From the human T2T-CHM13v2.0 reference genome, Homo sapiens: DNA of 64,000 bases. The first letter of the stretch is position 1; every line of letters starts with the position of its first letter. Positions 1 through 15,342 of the stretch are shown one piece after another. Made by a program: the position numbers and the translations under genes. The notes under the pieces are model-generated. The model ran no database searches. It worked only from the letters and a program-made list of their open reading frames with translations, and had not been told where the DNA came from. The stretch lies in the NCBI RefSeq assembly GCF_009914755.1, contig NC_060928.1. One strand, written 5' to 3'.

Positions 1-300
1 AGATGTTCTTTATATATTATCATTATAATGTTAAATAAAAGGATCTTAACAATTGTCCAGCAGCAGGGAAGTATCTAAATTGTTATGTCAGCTTTGTAGG
101 ATAGTAATATAATAGTTAAATGATTATGAAGACAGTGTTAATATAAAATGTTTATGTTAAATGAAAACAACCAGCAACAGTTGGTATCTACAAGATGAAT
201 ATATTAGTAAAATATGCAAATGTATGACCAAGAACTAGAAAGAAAAACAGAAAAATAATAAAGAACAGTTGACATTATGGGGTGATGAGATTGTGGGTAA

Positions 301-631
<331 letters not shown>

Positions 632-674
632 ATAAATATCCTATAAAATGTGTGGGCAAAAAATAAAAATTAGA

Positions 675-1006
<332 letters not shown>

Positions 1007-1458
1007 TTATTTATGATTATAAAGATGTTGTAAACCTTGTTAATTAGTGAAGACATAATTGTAGAATATGTACATAAATGACTTCCCTGAAATCTTTTAG
1101 AAATCTTTTAGAATGCTTTTAGAATAGCTATTTCTCAAGAATTTTAAGGGAGCCCATTCTAACATTTAAAAAATAATAGTATTCTTTACCATTTGCTAGC
1201 CCCTATACCAAGAGCTTTTTACTTAAATCATTTCACGCATGTCTCATAGTTATCCTTTGATGATAGATATTTTTATTAGCCAATTTATAGATTATAAATT
1301 TACCATAATTTATGGATGAACACTTGAGGCTTGCCTGAAATTGAGTGGTTTACTAGTGACCCTGGGAATTCAAACTGAAGTCAGTCAGCTCTTATTAATA
1401 TATGATCTGTATTCTCTCTCTGCAGATGAATATTTGAAGTACTTAAGACTGAGATTCA

Positions 1459-1883
<425 letters not shown>

Positions 1884-2259
1884 TTAATAATACAAAACAG
1901 TAGTTCAGGACCAAGTCTCTAAAGTCCTATTAAGATGAAAGGAAGGAGTGAGGGAGGGCTCTTTAATCTGGGCTAGTTAGGGAGGCTTTATGGAGGAGAT
2001 AAGAGCTAATAGGTAGAATTCATAGAGGTGAAAAACTTTTTACCTTAGAGGTGTTCCTGAGTTAAAAATGGGTGGACCGGTCTCTGTGAAATCAGAGTGT
2101 TCTTGTGAGGCAAGATACATTTGGACCGAATTGTGCAAGTTGTTGCAAGCATTATTAATTTTAAATTTTAAATTTAGGTAACCCCAAAGTGTAGATGGGG
2201 AGGGACCCCAGTCTATACTTTGAGTCTTATTAGAGTAGGGCCTTTGTTACAGATTTACA

Positions 2260-2566
2260 TTTTTTGTTTGTTTTTGTTTTGAGACAGAGTCTCACTCTGT
2301 CGCCCAGGCTGGAGTGCAGTGGCGCGATCTTGGCTCACAGCAACCCCCGCCTCCCAGGTTCAGGTGATTCTCCTGCTTCAGCCTCCTGAGTAGCTGGGAC
2401 TACAGGCGCATGCCACCATGCTTGGCTAATTTTTGTATTTTTTTGGTAGAGACGGGGTTTCAGCATGTTGGCCAGGCTGGTCTCGAACTCCTGGCTTCAA
2501 GTGATCCGCCTGTCTTGGCCTCCGCAAGGTGCTGGGATTACAGGCGGGAGCCACTGGGCCCAGCCT
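2260..2566 (-). mobile_element. Alu (AluS)
   Basis: Reverse Alu dimer; TSD gatttacattttt. Confidence 0.9.
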
Positions 2567-5106
2567 GGATTTACATTTTTGAATTCAAACCTGACTCTCC
2601 CACTTACAATGTGGGGCACATTATTCTCTCTAAATGAGTTTTTTTTTCTTTTTTTTAATCTGTAAAACAGGTGTAAAGTTGCCTTTCTTGCAAGTTTGTC
2701 TGAAGACTAGAGATAATACCTATCAATCCTACTACACAGTGTTTGACAACTATTAGACATTCAATATGTAGTGACTCTTATAACTCTCAGAGACTTAAAT
2801 ATTATGTCTTTCCCTCCAGCTCTTTCCCTGTATTAAATGCATCTCTACTGATCTCAAGGTTGTAGGGAAATGGCAAGTAGCTTGTCTTTACCAAAAGGTG
2901 GAGTTCCTGCTCTGAAGGCAATGTGGAGCCACTGAGGTTTTAAGTAGTGGATTGGTGGAGCAGCTTGCTAAACACAGGGACCCTAACTTAAATTTTGGTG
3001 CTGGGATGCAAGTTAGTGCAGTTTTAGTGTATATGATATATGATATCAGCAAGTAAAACATACGTGTATTCCCCAGTCTTCCCTTTCTTTCCCCTATCCC
3101 AGACCTCTCTTATCTTCAAAGGGAAAAAACAAAACTCTTACAAGCTGACAGCTTCATGCTCCCAGCCTTTAAGCTTTCCCTCCAGCCTATGGCAAAATCT
3201 GTACTTGGTAAACCTACCAGATACATAACTATCTCTTTTTGTATCTTTTAATATCAGGAGCTTCCTTTTTGTTTTTTTTTTTTCCTCAAATTAGTTTCTT
3301 GACAGTTCTCTTGCCTCTTTTGATTCATTTCACAAACATTTATGAGGAGTCAGTTATGGCAGCTAATCCTAAAATTCCAGACTTATTGCGAGGAAAGGAG
3401 TTTGTGTTTGAAGGCTCTTACTAATTCAGTTCTCACGATTGTTGTATTTTTACAAACAGAAAAGGGAGAGGGTTGGAAAAAGGGAGGGAGAGGGAGAGAC
3501 ATTTGTATCAGAAACTGGGGGTGGGGAAGCTCCCAATTGTCCAGTAATCTTATCTACAGAGTGCTAAATACTGCCTGTAATTGTATGTAGGGGGTGGGTG
3601 CTAGTTTAGATAATGTGCCAAGGGAAGCGCACAACCTCTGCTTGCTCCAACTAAAGCTGTTAAAAAGCAGTCTAGTTCCAGTAGGTGCAAATCCACACTT
3701 TAATTTGTTCATCATTTTGTCTTCATTCTTCAAATCCAGTTTGTATTGGACTTTGATCTTATAGCTGATTACTGTGCCATGCTGCTCTTTAGTTTACTCC
3801 AGCAGAGTATTGAGTTTTACAGCTTGGACTGTTAAAGTCAATATTGTGTTTAACACAGCAGTAGCAGAGTGAGTTGTCTTGAGCTTGCCGTGACCTGCTA
3901 GCATGCTAAGCTAGCATGCTTAATGCTATTTAAGAGGAGAGTTCCTTTCAGAATTATGTCAAGATTAGCAATTGATGGTGAGAATTGTTGTGGTCCAATC
4001 ACCAGACCACAGTAGGTAACTTCCCTGGGGTGAAAGCATTGCCATAGTGTTTTAGACCTGTGCTCTGCTCTCCATTTATTTTAGAAACCATTCTGTACAA
4101 GGCACAGGGCCTCCAACTCATCATTTTCCCTGCAGAGGTTTACCTCAGAGATGTTTTTAGTTGGAGAGGGGCAAGTTACCTTCAAGGAGAAAATAATTGG
4201 GTCTCTCTTCTTTAATTCAAATTCCAAAGTATTGTAAATCTCATTTATTACCTGTCTGTTCTGAAGACTCCACTTTTCTTTTCATCTTAGAAATATTTGG
4301 CATGTGGATCTAGACCAACTCTGCCTGAAGCACTGAGGCAAGCAGGCTTGATCTTTTTTTCTTTTTTGCTTGGCCTTCTCAGGAGTCCGTTCACCATCAG
4401 ATTAGTGAAATTTCACACAAATTAGTGAATTAGTGTGGCCTTGTCAGGGCAGGGGACGAGGACATTTGAACTGCATTGCTCTAGGCTCTAGGTGGCCTAA
4501 AGTCCTCACAGCTGGAATTCTCCATCTGGTTCCATCCAGTTCCAGAGCCTGGACCAGTTCAGCTTCCTAGACTGAGGTTTGCATCAAAACTTACAAGTAA
4601 TGAAGGGTTTATTATGTCTACCATTGCTTTCTCTTTCTTGGGGACCTAACCAGTATGGATGGAGGAATGTACATGAGTCACATTTCAGAGGAAAGCTGGA
4701 CAGGATGTGGAAGTGATGGGGAGATACTTGTAAACAAAAAGAATAGACAAAATCATGATATATAAAGTAACTTCCAAGTTTTGAGCCCGAATAATGTGGG
4801 TAGCATAATTAGTGGAAATAGGGAAGTTACAAGGAGAAGTTGGTTTTGTACATGTTGAATTTAAGGTGTAGTTGAACACTCTAAGTTGTGATATTCATGA
4901 AGCTGTAGTTGTCAGAAGATATTAAGCCAATATTTGCCAAAGAGCCCAGAAAATTCATCTCTTGCTCTTTAAGACTTTTCTTTTTCTATTCCGTCCTCCA
5001 AAATTACTTCTGTAGAAATTCTGTTCCTTCTTCCAAACTCGGTTTAGATGCCACCTCTGATTATCTTTGCTGATTGCCCCAAATGGGCATGCTGCTCCCT
5101 TTAAAC

Positions 5107-5591
5107 CAGTGGTCCCCAACCTTTTTGGCATGAGGCAACAGTTTCATGGCAGACAATTTTTCCACAGACAGTGGAGTGGGGGATGGTTTTGGGATGATTC
5201 AAGCACATTACATTTATTGTGTACTTTATTTCTATTATTATAACATTGTAATAAATAATGAAATAACTATACAACTCACCAAATGCATAATCAGTGGGAG
5301 CCCTGAGCCTGTTTTTCTGCAACTGGAAGGTCCCATCTGGGGTTGATGGGAGATAGTGACAGATCATCAGACATTAGATTCTCATAAGGAGTGTGCAGCC
5401 TAGCTCCCTCGCGTGCGCAGTTCATAATAGGGTTCGCACTACTATGAGAATCCAATGCCACCACTGATCTGACAAGGTGGAGCTCAGGCAGTAATGCTCA
5501 CTCGCCCACCACTCATCTCCTGCTTTGTGGCCCGGTTCCTAACAGGCCATGGTCTGGTACCAGTCCGTGACCCAGGGGTTGGGGATCCCTG
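5107..5591 (+). mobile_element. MER1A-like hAT-Charlie DNA transposon
   Basis: Terminal inverted repeats cagtggtccccaac...gttggggatccctg; internal cattagattctcataaggag motif. Confidence 0.8.
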
Positions 5592-5835
5592 CTCTAATTC
5601 TTCTTATATGGCAGTTACCACATTCTACTAGCTGTTTTTTATTTATCCAAATACTTTACCAGATTATACCTTGACAGCAACATTGTATGTATGTCCCTGT
5701 AGTGTATAGCATAATACTAAGTACAGTACGTTAGTAGGAGCTTGTTTAAATACGTTTATTTGAACCTGCATTGTTTTCAGCAACTACCAGTACTTAAAAA
5801 TATGTGAATTTATTAGCCAGTATATAAAGTTCCTC

Positions 5836-6131
5836 TTTTTTTTTTTTTTTTTGAGCCAGAGTCTCACTCTGTTGCCAGGCTGGAGTGCAGTGGCACGATC
5901 TCAGTTCATTGCAACCTCACCTCCTGGGTTCAAGAGATTCTCCTGCCTCAGCCTCCCGAGTAGATGGGACTACAAGCACGTGCCACCATGCCCAGCTAAT
6001 TTTTGTATTTTTTAGTAGAGACGGGGTTTCATCTTGTTGGCCAGGATGGTCGCGATCTCTTGACCTTGAGTTCCGCCCACCTTAGCCTCCCAAGGTGCTG
6101 GGATTACAGGCATGAGCCACCGCGCCTGGCC
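5836..6131 (-). mobile_element. Alu (AluS)
   Basis: Reverse Alu dimer. Confidence 0.9.
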
Positions 6132-6240
6132 CCTCTCTTTTTTAAAACATAAATTTGTCTCCAAATTTGAAGTTTTAAGAACATCTCCATTATTTCAGAA
6201 TTTAATAAATGTGTTTATCCTACCCATGATTCGTTCTTTC

Positions 6241-6376
6241 TTTAATTTTAAATTTAATAAGAGATGAGGTCTTGCTATATTGACCAGGCTGGTCTTGAAC
6301 TCCTGTGCTCAAGCAGTCCTCCCATCTTGGCCTCTCAAAGTGGTAGAATTACAGGCGTGAGGTCCCGCGCCCAGCC
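6241..6376 (-). mobile_element. Alu monomer (FLAM-like)
   Basis: Single left-arm reverse Alu. Confidence 0.75.
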
Positions 6377-8729
6377 CTACCCATGCTTCTTAACTGTATT
6401 TACTCCATTTTTTTCTTTCCAGTTACAGGGTTCTTTCTTTTTTCTTTTTCTTTCTTTCTTTTTTTTTTTTAACTTCAGAGATTCTCCTCTATAGATTGTT
6501 TAATTTTCTATACCAGTTCCAGTTTAGAGTTTTGAAATTCACTGCCAAGAAATGTATGGGGTATTTTATTAAAAATACACTGTTTTACATATGAAGGCAA
6601 AGTAATTTTCATTTTGTTTCTGAGGTCATATCTGATTTACTCAGCATTTTGTTGGCTCCTCCCAGCTGACGTCTCTCTTTAGTAAATTATTTCTGTGGAA
6701 CAAAACTTAGAGTTTAGGGTCTGTCATAAGAATAGTTTGAAGATCTTTTTTGCCTAAACCAATCTGACCTTTGCCTGGACTGAAACTCATTTGCCATCTG
6801 TCTCTTCCTAGAACCTTGAAAGATCTTACTGTTTATTCTCTTTACTTGGGACTTACCTGGTGAAAAACTATTAGTGCCATCATCTACAGGGATGGCCCTA
6901 TCTATGACCAGTCTCGTCCGGATTAATTATGAAAATGTTAAGTTCAGTCTTCACACTCATTGCTGAAAAGACCACTCTGTTTATATTTCTCCTTCCAGAG
7001 AAATGCTTATCTGTCCTTTTGTTTTCTGGACCTGATCCAGTTCTGTGTCCAAGATAAATATTCTACTGGCTTCATGCTGTTTTATCTTCATAAAAACAAG
7101 TCACCAAATACCTGTGTACTAATGCAGTTCATATAGTAAAAACGTTAATTGCACAGGAGATTCAGATGAATAAAAGAACACTTATTTTGGTGTCTCATGG
7201 CCAGAGTTAAAAAAAGAAAACTAGATTTACTAGTGCACAGGTCATATGCTATTACAGCTTCAAGGAGCTGCCAGAAGCTCATTCCTTCCGTTTGCATTTT
7301 TGTGAATGTCAGTTCTGAAATAAATGAACAAACCCAGGACTTGAAAATAATTATTTCAACTATAAATTGTGCCTGTCCTCATATGGTAATGAGAGTTCAC
7401 AGTGGTTTTTATTTTTAAAAAAAACAGCTCGGTTTCGGAAAAGGTGCCTGCAGTCAGCCTTTGCAAACTTCTTTATTCTGTGAGATTTTTGTTCCCTGTT
7501 TTCTAAAGACAATAGTGACAAATTAACCAGAGTCAAAGGCATTGCAATTTTTATGTAGGGTTTCTTTGTCCTTATGAATTTTTTGTGATTCTCTCTTCAT
7601 GATGCTATATTTTTAACTTGCCACTTTAACTGACTAGGATGAAGTAATTTCTTAGCAGGGGTGGGGATAGGAAACAGTAGTGGGAGAGATTATCTTCAGA
7701 GTCTGTATTGCTTTTGGGGGTCTCAGCTTTTTTTTTTTAATCTCTAAGTCTGTGACTTTTTGAATTTTACAGTTGGGACAGAAGGATCCATGACTTCAGG
7801 TAGCTGATCCATCTCCCAAAGTCTAGGAGGGGAGGAACTTGGATTTAGCTGTTGTTGAGAAAGTTCAGAGTATTTTCAGCCCCCATGAGTGCAGTTAACC
7901 AGAGATCTTTTTAATGGAATCATTTCTTTTCCTTGGCAAATACAAAGATTTGTTTAGCCAATGAAATGTAGTGGGGATTTCAAAGCAGAAATGAGCTATG
8001 CATTTTGGAGGCTTAGGATACTGAAGTTGGGAATTACATGTTGTACAAACCAGTTTTTCCCATAGTTTTCTTTTCTAAAAATTGTGGTGGGAGAGAGGTG
8101 CATACTGGTTAAACGTGCTGCTCTGCGCCAACGACTGGTATTTCAAAGTATAAATGATAAAAGGAACTTAACTGTAAACTTGATATTTACATGAGTTTTA
8201 TTTCCCAAAGCAGTTATATTTATTTTATAGAATAGGAAAAGGCTCACTCACCAGGGCTACAGAGCTAGTTACCCATATGGATAGGCCAAGATGGGGGACG
8301 CAGACCTTTTGATTCCTGCATCACACCTCAGCCAATTTTTAGTCCTATGAGTATGGCAAGTTCCCTTGTTGTGTAGTTAAAAAACTGTTATGAATTTATA
8401 GCTAAAATACATTTTTATGATTCTTAATTATCTCACAACTATATTCTCTTGCATGTTGTTGGACTTTTTTGTTATTTTCATTAGACTTTTGCTTCTTTCT
8501 GGCATTGAGGGACTGAGACGTAAATTATGTAACTCTGAAAATCAAGTCCAGCCTCTTTCGTGTGGCGGCCCTGCCTCATTTCTCTTTGCTCTTCCCCTCA
8601 TACTCTTAAGTCCAGTCAAAGCGAATTTGTCTCAGTTCCTCAAAGAATCTTGAGTTTTTTCTTTATGAAGATTTCTTTGTTTGGAACTTGGCTCCTCCTT
8701 TCCTCCTTTAACCTGACTCACACTCCTAA

Positions 8730-8960
8730 CTAGTGTGGTGATTAAGAGCGGGAGTGGGCTTGGAATTGGACTTCAGGTTTCGAACCCTGACACTATCACT
8801 TAATAGCTGTATGGTCTCGAACAAGTTGCTTAACCATGCCGTGCTATGCTGCCTTTTTCTCTTTGGTATGTTGGGAATAATAGTAACCACCTCATGGTGG
8901 TGGTATGAGATTTAAGTGGGTGGTTCTTGCAGTTACGACCGTGCTGGGCGCGTAGTAAGT
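8730..8960 (+). mobile_element. MIR SINE
   Basis: gtgtggtgattaagagc...cacttaatagctgt...caagttgcttaacc...ataatagtaaccacctcatgg core. Confidence 0.65.
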
Positions 8961-9717
8961 ACTCTGATTCCTGGAAGCCTTTGCCGATAATCTGCTCTTT
9001 CACAGACTCATTGCACTGAGCACTCTGTCCCCCTGGAGTATAATTGCCTGTGCATGACTTACTACTCCCCTCTGAGGACAGGGATGACCATGCCGAATCT
9101 GTATTCACTTTGCAATATAAGCACTTGGCACGTATAGGCACAAGACAAATGTCTGAATAAATCAATAAGCAAAGGCCCGCTTAGCTCATGCTATAATCTT
9201 ATGTGTTTAACCTCCACTTTTCTTTCTTTTTGTGATGATCTTTTTGCCTTTTATTTGGGGTTTTTGATGGGTGATTTTAGGAGAAGGGAGCTAATAGGGA
9301 AGTTTAACCTAGGTTGCTTTATGGCAGCTTCTGGAGTTGTAACACATGATTGCTTCATGTTGTTTATCCCCTTTGGGAGAAGAAGCCGTACATATGGACA
9401 GGCCTCTTGAAAAGTTGCTGTATTCTTTAAGAAAAAGTAGGTTCCACATAGAAAAGGCTAGACTCACAAGGAACTTGCAGGTTAACATTGACCACAAGTC
9501 TGGATTTAATCTAATAACTGCTGTAGCCTCCTGCTCCCCAGCTCTCTAAAGGCACACTCACAGGATTTCCTGGCACTTTGTTTTGTTGGTCATCAGTTGT
9601 GCTGTGGCCATAATGTAGCAGTGGAAGCCACTTGACTCCTTACCTTCCATGCTTCATCTTTAGGCAAGAGTAAAAACTAAAAGCAATGTAAAAGGAAAAG
9701 CTTATGCGAGAGCAGGA

Positions 9718-9927
9718 TAGTTTCTGACTAAAAGTAATGAGAGTCCATTTTTTCCAACTCCAGGGGTTGTGACCTGGTTAGGTCCTGGCAGTGGTGGATG
9801 TGTTCTAGGTGAAATAATGCCTTACCTAAAGGAAAAGGGGAGAAGGAGTTTGCTGTGCTGCTGTGATTATTTTGTTTAAAGTCATTAAAGGTTTGGAGGG
9901 TAGTACAAGAGTGATACTAGCGAATAA
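9718..9927 (+). repeat. Source copy of a ~210-bp local direct duplication (second copy 10513-10722)
   Basis: aatgagagtccattttttccaactcca...gtacaagagtgatactag present at both positions with scattered mismatches. Confidence 0.93.
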
Positions 9928-10033
9928 TTGCTGTAGAATCCATCAGATTTTCAAGGGGCAGTAGTGAAACACAAAGATCACCTGATCCCAAGCTACTTTC
10001 ACAGCTGAGCTCTTCTATCCTTCACCCTCCAAC

Positions 10034-10081
10034 CTCAGAGCCTCTAAAAGCAGTGTGTGTGTGTGTGTATGTGTGTGTGTG
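10034..10081. repeat. (TG)n microsatellite
   Basis: Direct reading. Confidence 0.9.
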
Positions 10082-10463
10082 AGAAATCACAGGCTTTTAC
10101 CATTCAGAACGCATTTTTTCATACCTAAGATACTATGTTATGAAGGACAGTTCATTTATTTATTAGAATAATGGCTGTAAGTTAACCTGGTTTTTATAGG
10201 ATGGCCAGGTACTCTGACTGCCCTTTATAATGATGTTTCTGATGTGTGCTCTGAGCTCTAAAAGTAAACTTACAAATGAATTTATAGGATCCTCAATAGT
10301 AAATGTTCATTCAAAAGCATCTGTTGACATTTTCCATATTCTAGGTACAAAGCATTGTTAGAGTACAAGAATGAATAAGATAACACCCTGCCCTTGAGGA
10401 GTTCGGTTCATGGAGGTTTGCTCCCTATTCTTCTGTTATAACGTGCAACAGGAGCTAACAGTA

Positions 10464-11178
10464 CAGATGAAGTATTCCTAATCCAAAAATCTGAAATGCT
10501 TCAAAATCGGAGTAGTTTCTGAGTAAACGCAATGAGAGTCCATTTTTTCCAACTCCAAGGGTTGTGGTAGCCTATTAAGTCCTGGCAGTGGTGGATGTGT
10601 TCTAGGCGAAATAATGCCTTACCCAAGGGAAAAGGGGAGGAGGGGTTTGCTGTACTGCTGTGATTCTCTTGTTTAAAGCCATTAAAGGTTTGGAGTAGTA
10701 CAAGAGTGATACTAGGGAATAACTTTTGAGCATTGACATGACACGTCAAGCGGGAAATTCCACACCTGACCTTATGGGTCACGGTCCCAACACAATCAAA
10801 ACTGCTACATATGCAAAATTATTAAAAATATTATATACAATTACTTTCCGGCTATGTATATATAAAGTGTATATGAAAGAAACATAAGTGAATTTTATGT
10901 TGAGACCTGGGTCCTATCCCCAAGATATCTCATAATGTGTATACAAATATTCCAAAATCTGAAAAAACGCCAAATCCGAAACACTTCTGATCCCTCGAGG
11001 GATTTGGAGTTTTTTCAGATTTTGGAATATTTGTAAATACATTAATGGATCCTATACTAAACTATAGGATCCTGTTAATATCCTATTAATAAATCCTGGC
11101 CATTCTATAAAAACCAGGTTAACTTATAGCCATTATTCTTAATAAATATTTTGGTTCAGATAAGGGATACTCAACCTG
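10464..11178 (+). mobile_element. Tigger4b/Zombi-like TcMar-Tigger element with two internal insertions
   Basis: TA-flanked ends cagatgaagtattcctaatcc...taagggatactcaacctg; internal aaattccacacctgacc and ccccaagatatctcat motifs. Confidence 0.8.
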
Positions 11179-11224
11179 TATACCAAAAAATAGGCACAAG
11201 GAGACCTTACAGAAGTGCTCAGTA

Positions 11225-11531
11225 GGCTGGGCATGGTGGCTCACGTCTGTAATCCCAGCATTTTGGGAGGTGAGGCAGGAGGATCACTTGAGGCCAGGAG
11301 TTTGGGACCAGCCACGTAATGAGATTCCATCGCTCCAAAAAATTTTGAAAATCAGTTGGGCATGGTGATGCATGCCTGTAATTCTAGCTACTAAGGAGGC
11401 TGAGGTGGGAGGACCACTTGATCCCAGGAGTTCCAAGCTGCAGTGATCTGTGATTGCACCACTGCACTCCAGCCTGGGTGACATAGTGAGACCTTGTCTC
11501 TAAAATAAAATGTAAAATAAAATAAAATAAT
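11225..11531 (+). mobile_element. Alu (AluJ-like)
   Basis: Full dimer with (TAAAA)n tail. Confidence 0.88.
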
Positions 11532-11989
11532 AAAAGTGATCAATAAAGGTTAGATGACTTAAGTGTCTAAGCTTAGTAGTATATACCTTTAATTTTCACT
11601 TTTTTTTTTCACTTAGCACTTTCTTGGATTTGTATCTTCTTATTTGGAGAGTTAGATGCTAAATACACATTTTAAAGTTGTTTTTATATTTGTGCTCATA
11701 ATTTTTAAATTCTTGTCTTTCCATTTTGTTTGCAGGTGATTTTCCCAAAATAAATACCAGGCTATCATGATTAGAATTAAACAGTTTTCTGAAAACCTAA
11801 CCTAATTTAATGGAATGGAGAGAGAGGGGTGAGGGTAACAAGGGAGGTGGAGGAGGGGCGTAGCAATAAACGAGAAGGTGGAATTTTCTGATAGGAATTT
11901 GTGATTTCTCCCTTAACATTTTCAGGCAGTTTTGCTTCCAATCCCCTCTATAACTTCATTTTTATTTTTAGTGCCTACAGACACTCTAG

Positions 11990-12376
<387 letters not shown>

Positions 12377-12393
12377 TAATACCAGAAATGTTA

Positions 12394-12876
<483 letters not shown>

Positions 12877-12890
12877 TCAGGTGCTAAGTA

Positions 12891-13527
12891 CAGTCCTCAT
12901 TATTTGCAGATTCCTTATTAGTAAATTCACCTACTTACCAAAATTTGTAACCCCAAAATCAATACTCTCGGCACTTTCATGGTCACTCATGGACATATGC
13001 AGAGTGGCAAAATATTTGAGTCACTTTACACGCATGTTCCCAGCTGAAGTCAAACAGGGTAACCCTCTGCTGTCCTGTGTCAGCTCTTCTATAAACAAGT
13101 GTCCTTTTCACAGTGAATTTAGTGCTTTTTTTTTTTTTTTTGCTGCTTCTTGGTAATGTCACTCTTTAGCCCCCACGTATAGTGCTGGAGTGCTGTCTAG
13201 TGGTCCTACTGTAAGAAGCTGTGATGTGCGTTACAAAGACAGTGTCTTTAGGTAAGCTTTGTTCAGGCATGAGTTAATAGTGCTGTTGGCTATGAGTTCA
13301 GCGTTAATGAAGCAACAATATGCATGAAATAGGGTATCTTCCAACAGAAACACATATACACTATAAACCAAGGTATGTATTAATCTGTTGATGAAAATGT
13401 TGTAATCAGCGGCTTTCAGGAACCTAACCCTTTATTTCCCCCTAGAAGCAGTGGTTCGGTATTCACTAATTCAGTGTTCATGGTGACTTTATAGAACATA
13501 ACTGCTTCACAGAATGAGAATGGGCTG
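12891..13527 (+). mobile_element. MER82-like TcMar-Tigger element
   Basis: ta-cagtcctcattatttgcagattcc...gtaaccccaaaatcaatactc...gaatgagaatgggctg matches recalled MER82 consensus. Confidence 0.7.
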
Positions 13528-14900
13528 CACAGTAGAAGCCCTCTGCAGCACTCTGCAGCCTTAGAATGGAGAAGGTAAATGGGTGGCTTCATCCTAGAAT
13601 GAGTTTTGGAGGCCAGTCTGATTGAAGGATAGAATGAGGTAGGGAATTAAAGTGATGACTTGTTGGCTTTGAAAGATAAAGAGGTGAAGTCAGGATGGGT
13701 TTGATAAAGGAAGTTATCAAGGGACTGGAAGATTGTATGAAGTCAGAGGGCAGGCCTGCAGGGAATAATTACAGCTGCAAGGATCAGAGGGTATAGTCAA
13801 AGTCTTGCTGGAAAATGGGGGAAGGTAGAAATGAGGGCAATTAAAGAAGGCAGAGAACAACACATTTGTTTTTGGATAGACCATTCATGGGAACTTTGAG
13901 CTCTAGGGAGTGATATAGGGATACTTAGGTCAGAGGACCCAGAGTGCTGATAAAGACAATTGGAATGTGCCTACAAGGTGCAGCTGTCTGTGCAAATTTC
14001 CAGAAATTCCAAGAACCCTGAGACGTGATCTAGGAATCCTAAATGTCCAGATGTGAAAGCAGGTATAAACAGGCCTATGCAAAGTATCACATGAGTGGCA
14101 GGTTCTTGACTACACAGAATACAGTGTACTTTTTCAGTTACAGGACCCACAGCATTTTACCATGGAAAGATGTAGAGAAAGAATCAAGATTTGTTTACTG
14201 ATTAGGTTTAGGGAGAGGAGGGGAGGACAGGAGTGAATAGTCAAGAGTTGTTCCAGTTTGACTAATTGCTATAAGATGCTTTTTGTTCTACAGAGTTTAA
14301 TGGATGTTTTACTTCCAGAGTTGTCTTTGTTATATCATAATTCTTCAGTTTTCAGTTCCCTTATCATGTGATTTTTGTTATTATGACATTTAAGATTGGC
14401 GAATGAGCATACTTATGGTTTGGTAAATAGAGGTAATGATTCCTCTCAGTTCTGTTTGCATGGGGGTTGTGGAGCTAGGTCAGCTTCCTCCTGACTGTCT
14501 TTGAAGTTTCACTGACAATTCTGGACACTCAGATTCCAGCTTTCCAAGCTTTCCTATTGGCCACTGGGTTAGGTTTCATACTCCTTCTATTGGTTGCTGT
14601 GATGGGGTTTGTAAATGGAACGGAGGCAAATCATACTTGTACCCTACTATTGTCATTTATGTGAAGAGTTGTCTAGAACTACGCTGCCCAGTTCAGTAAA
14701 CACCAGCCACATGTCTAGTCGGCCCTTGAAATGTGGCTAGCCTGAATTGAGACATTCTCTAAGTATAAAATTCACATTGGATTTTGAAGACCTAGAATGA
14801 AATAAAGAATGTGAAATATTCTGTGAGAAAGTTAATAATTTTAATATTGATAACATGTTGAATTAAGATTTTGTATATGTTGGATTAAACAAAATACTAA

Positions 14901-15214
<314 letters not shown>

Positions 15215-15223
15215 CTCACATGT

Positions 15224-15342
15224 ATTTTTCTTGTATGTTTTTTAAGTTCTAGGGTACATATGCAGGATGTGCAGGTTTTTTCATAGGTGAACGTGTGCCA
15301 TGGTGGTTTGCTGCACCTATCAACCCGTCACCTAGCTATTAA
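15224..15342 (-). mobile_element. L1PA-type 3' terminal fragment fused to U6
   Basis: tttaagttctagggtacatatgcaggatgtgcaggttt...gccatggtggtttgctgcacc is the reverse complement of the L1PA 3'UTR end. Confidence 0.85.

Noticed and set aside
1089-1125. Short tandem gaaatctttta-like repeat x3
   Set aside because: Replication-slippage repeat with no spacers; not CRISPR-like.
3895-3927. gctagcatgct duplicated with a small palindrome
   Set aside because: Only ~30 bp and far from any exon; compatible with slippage or chance.
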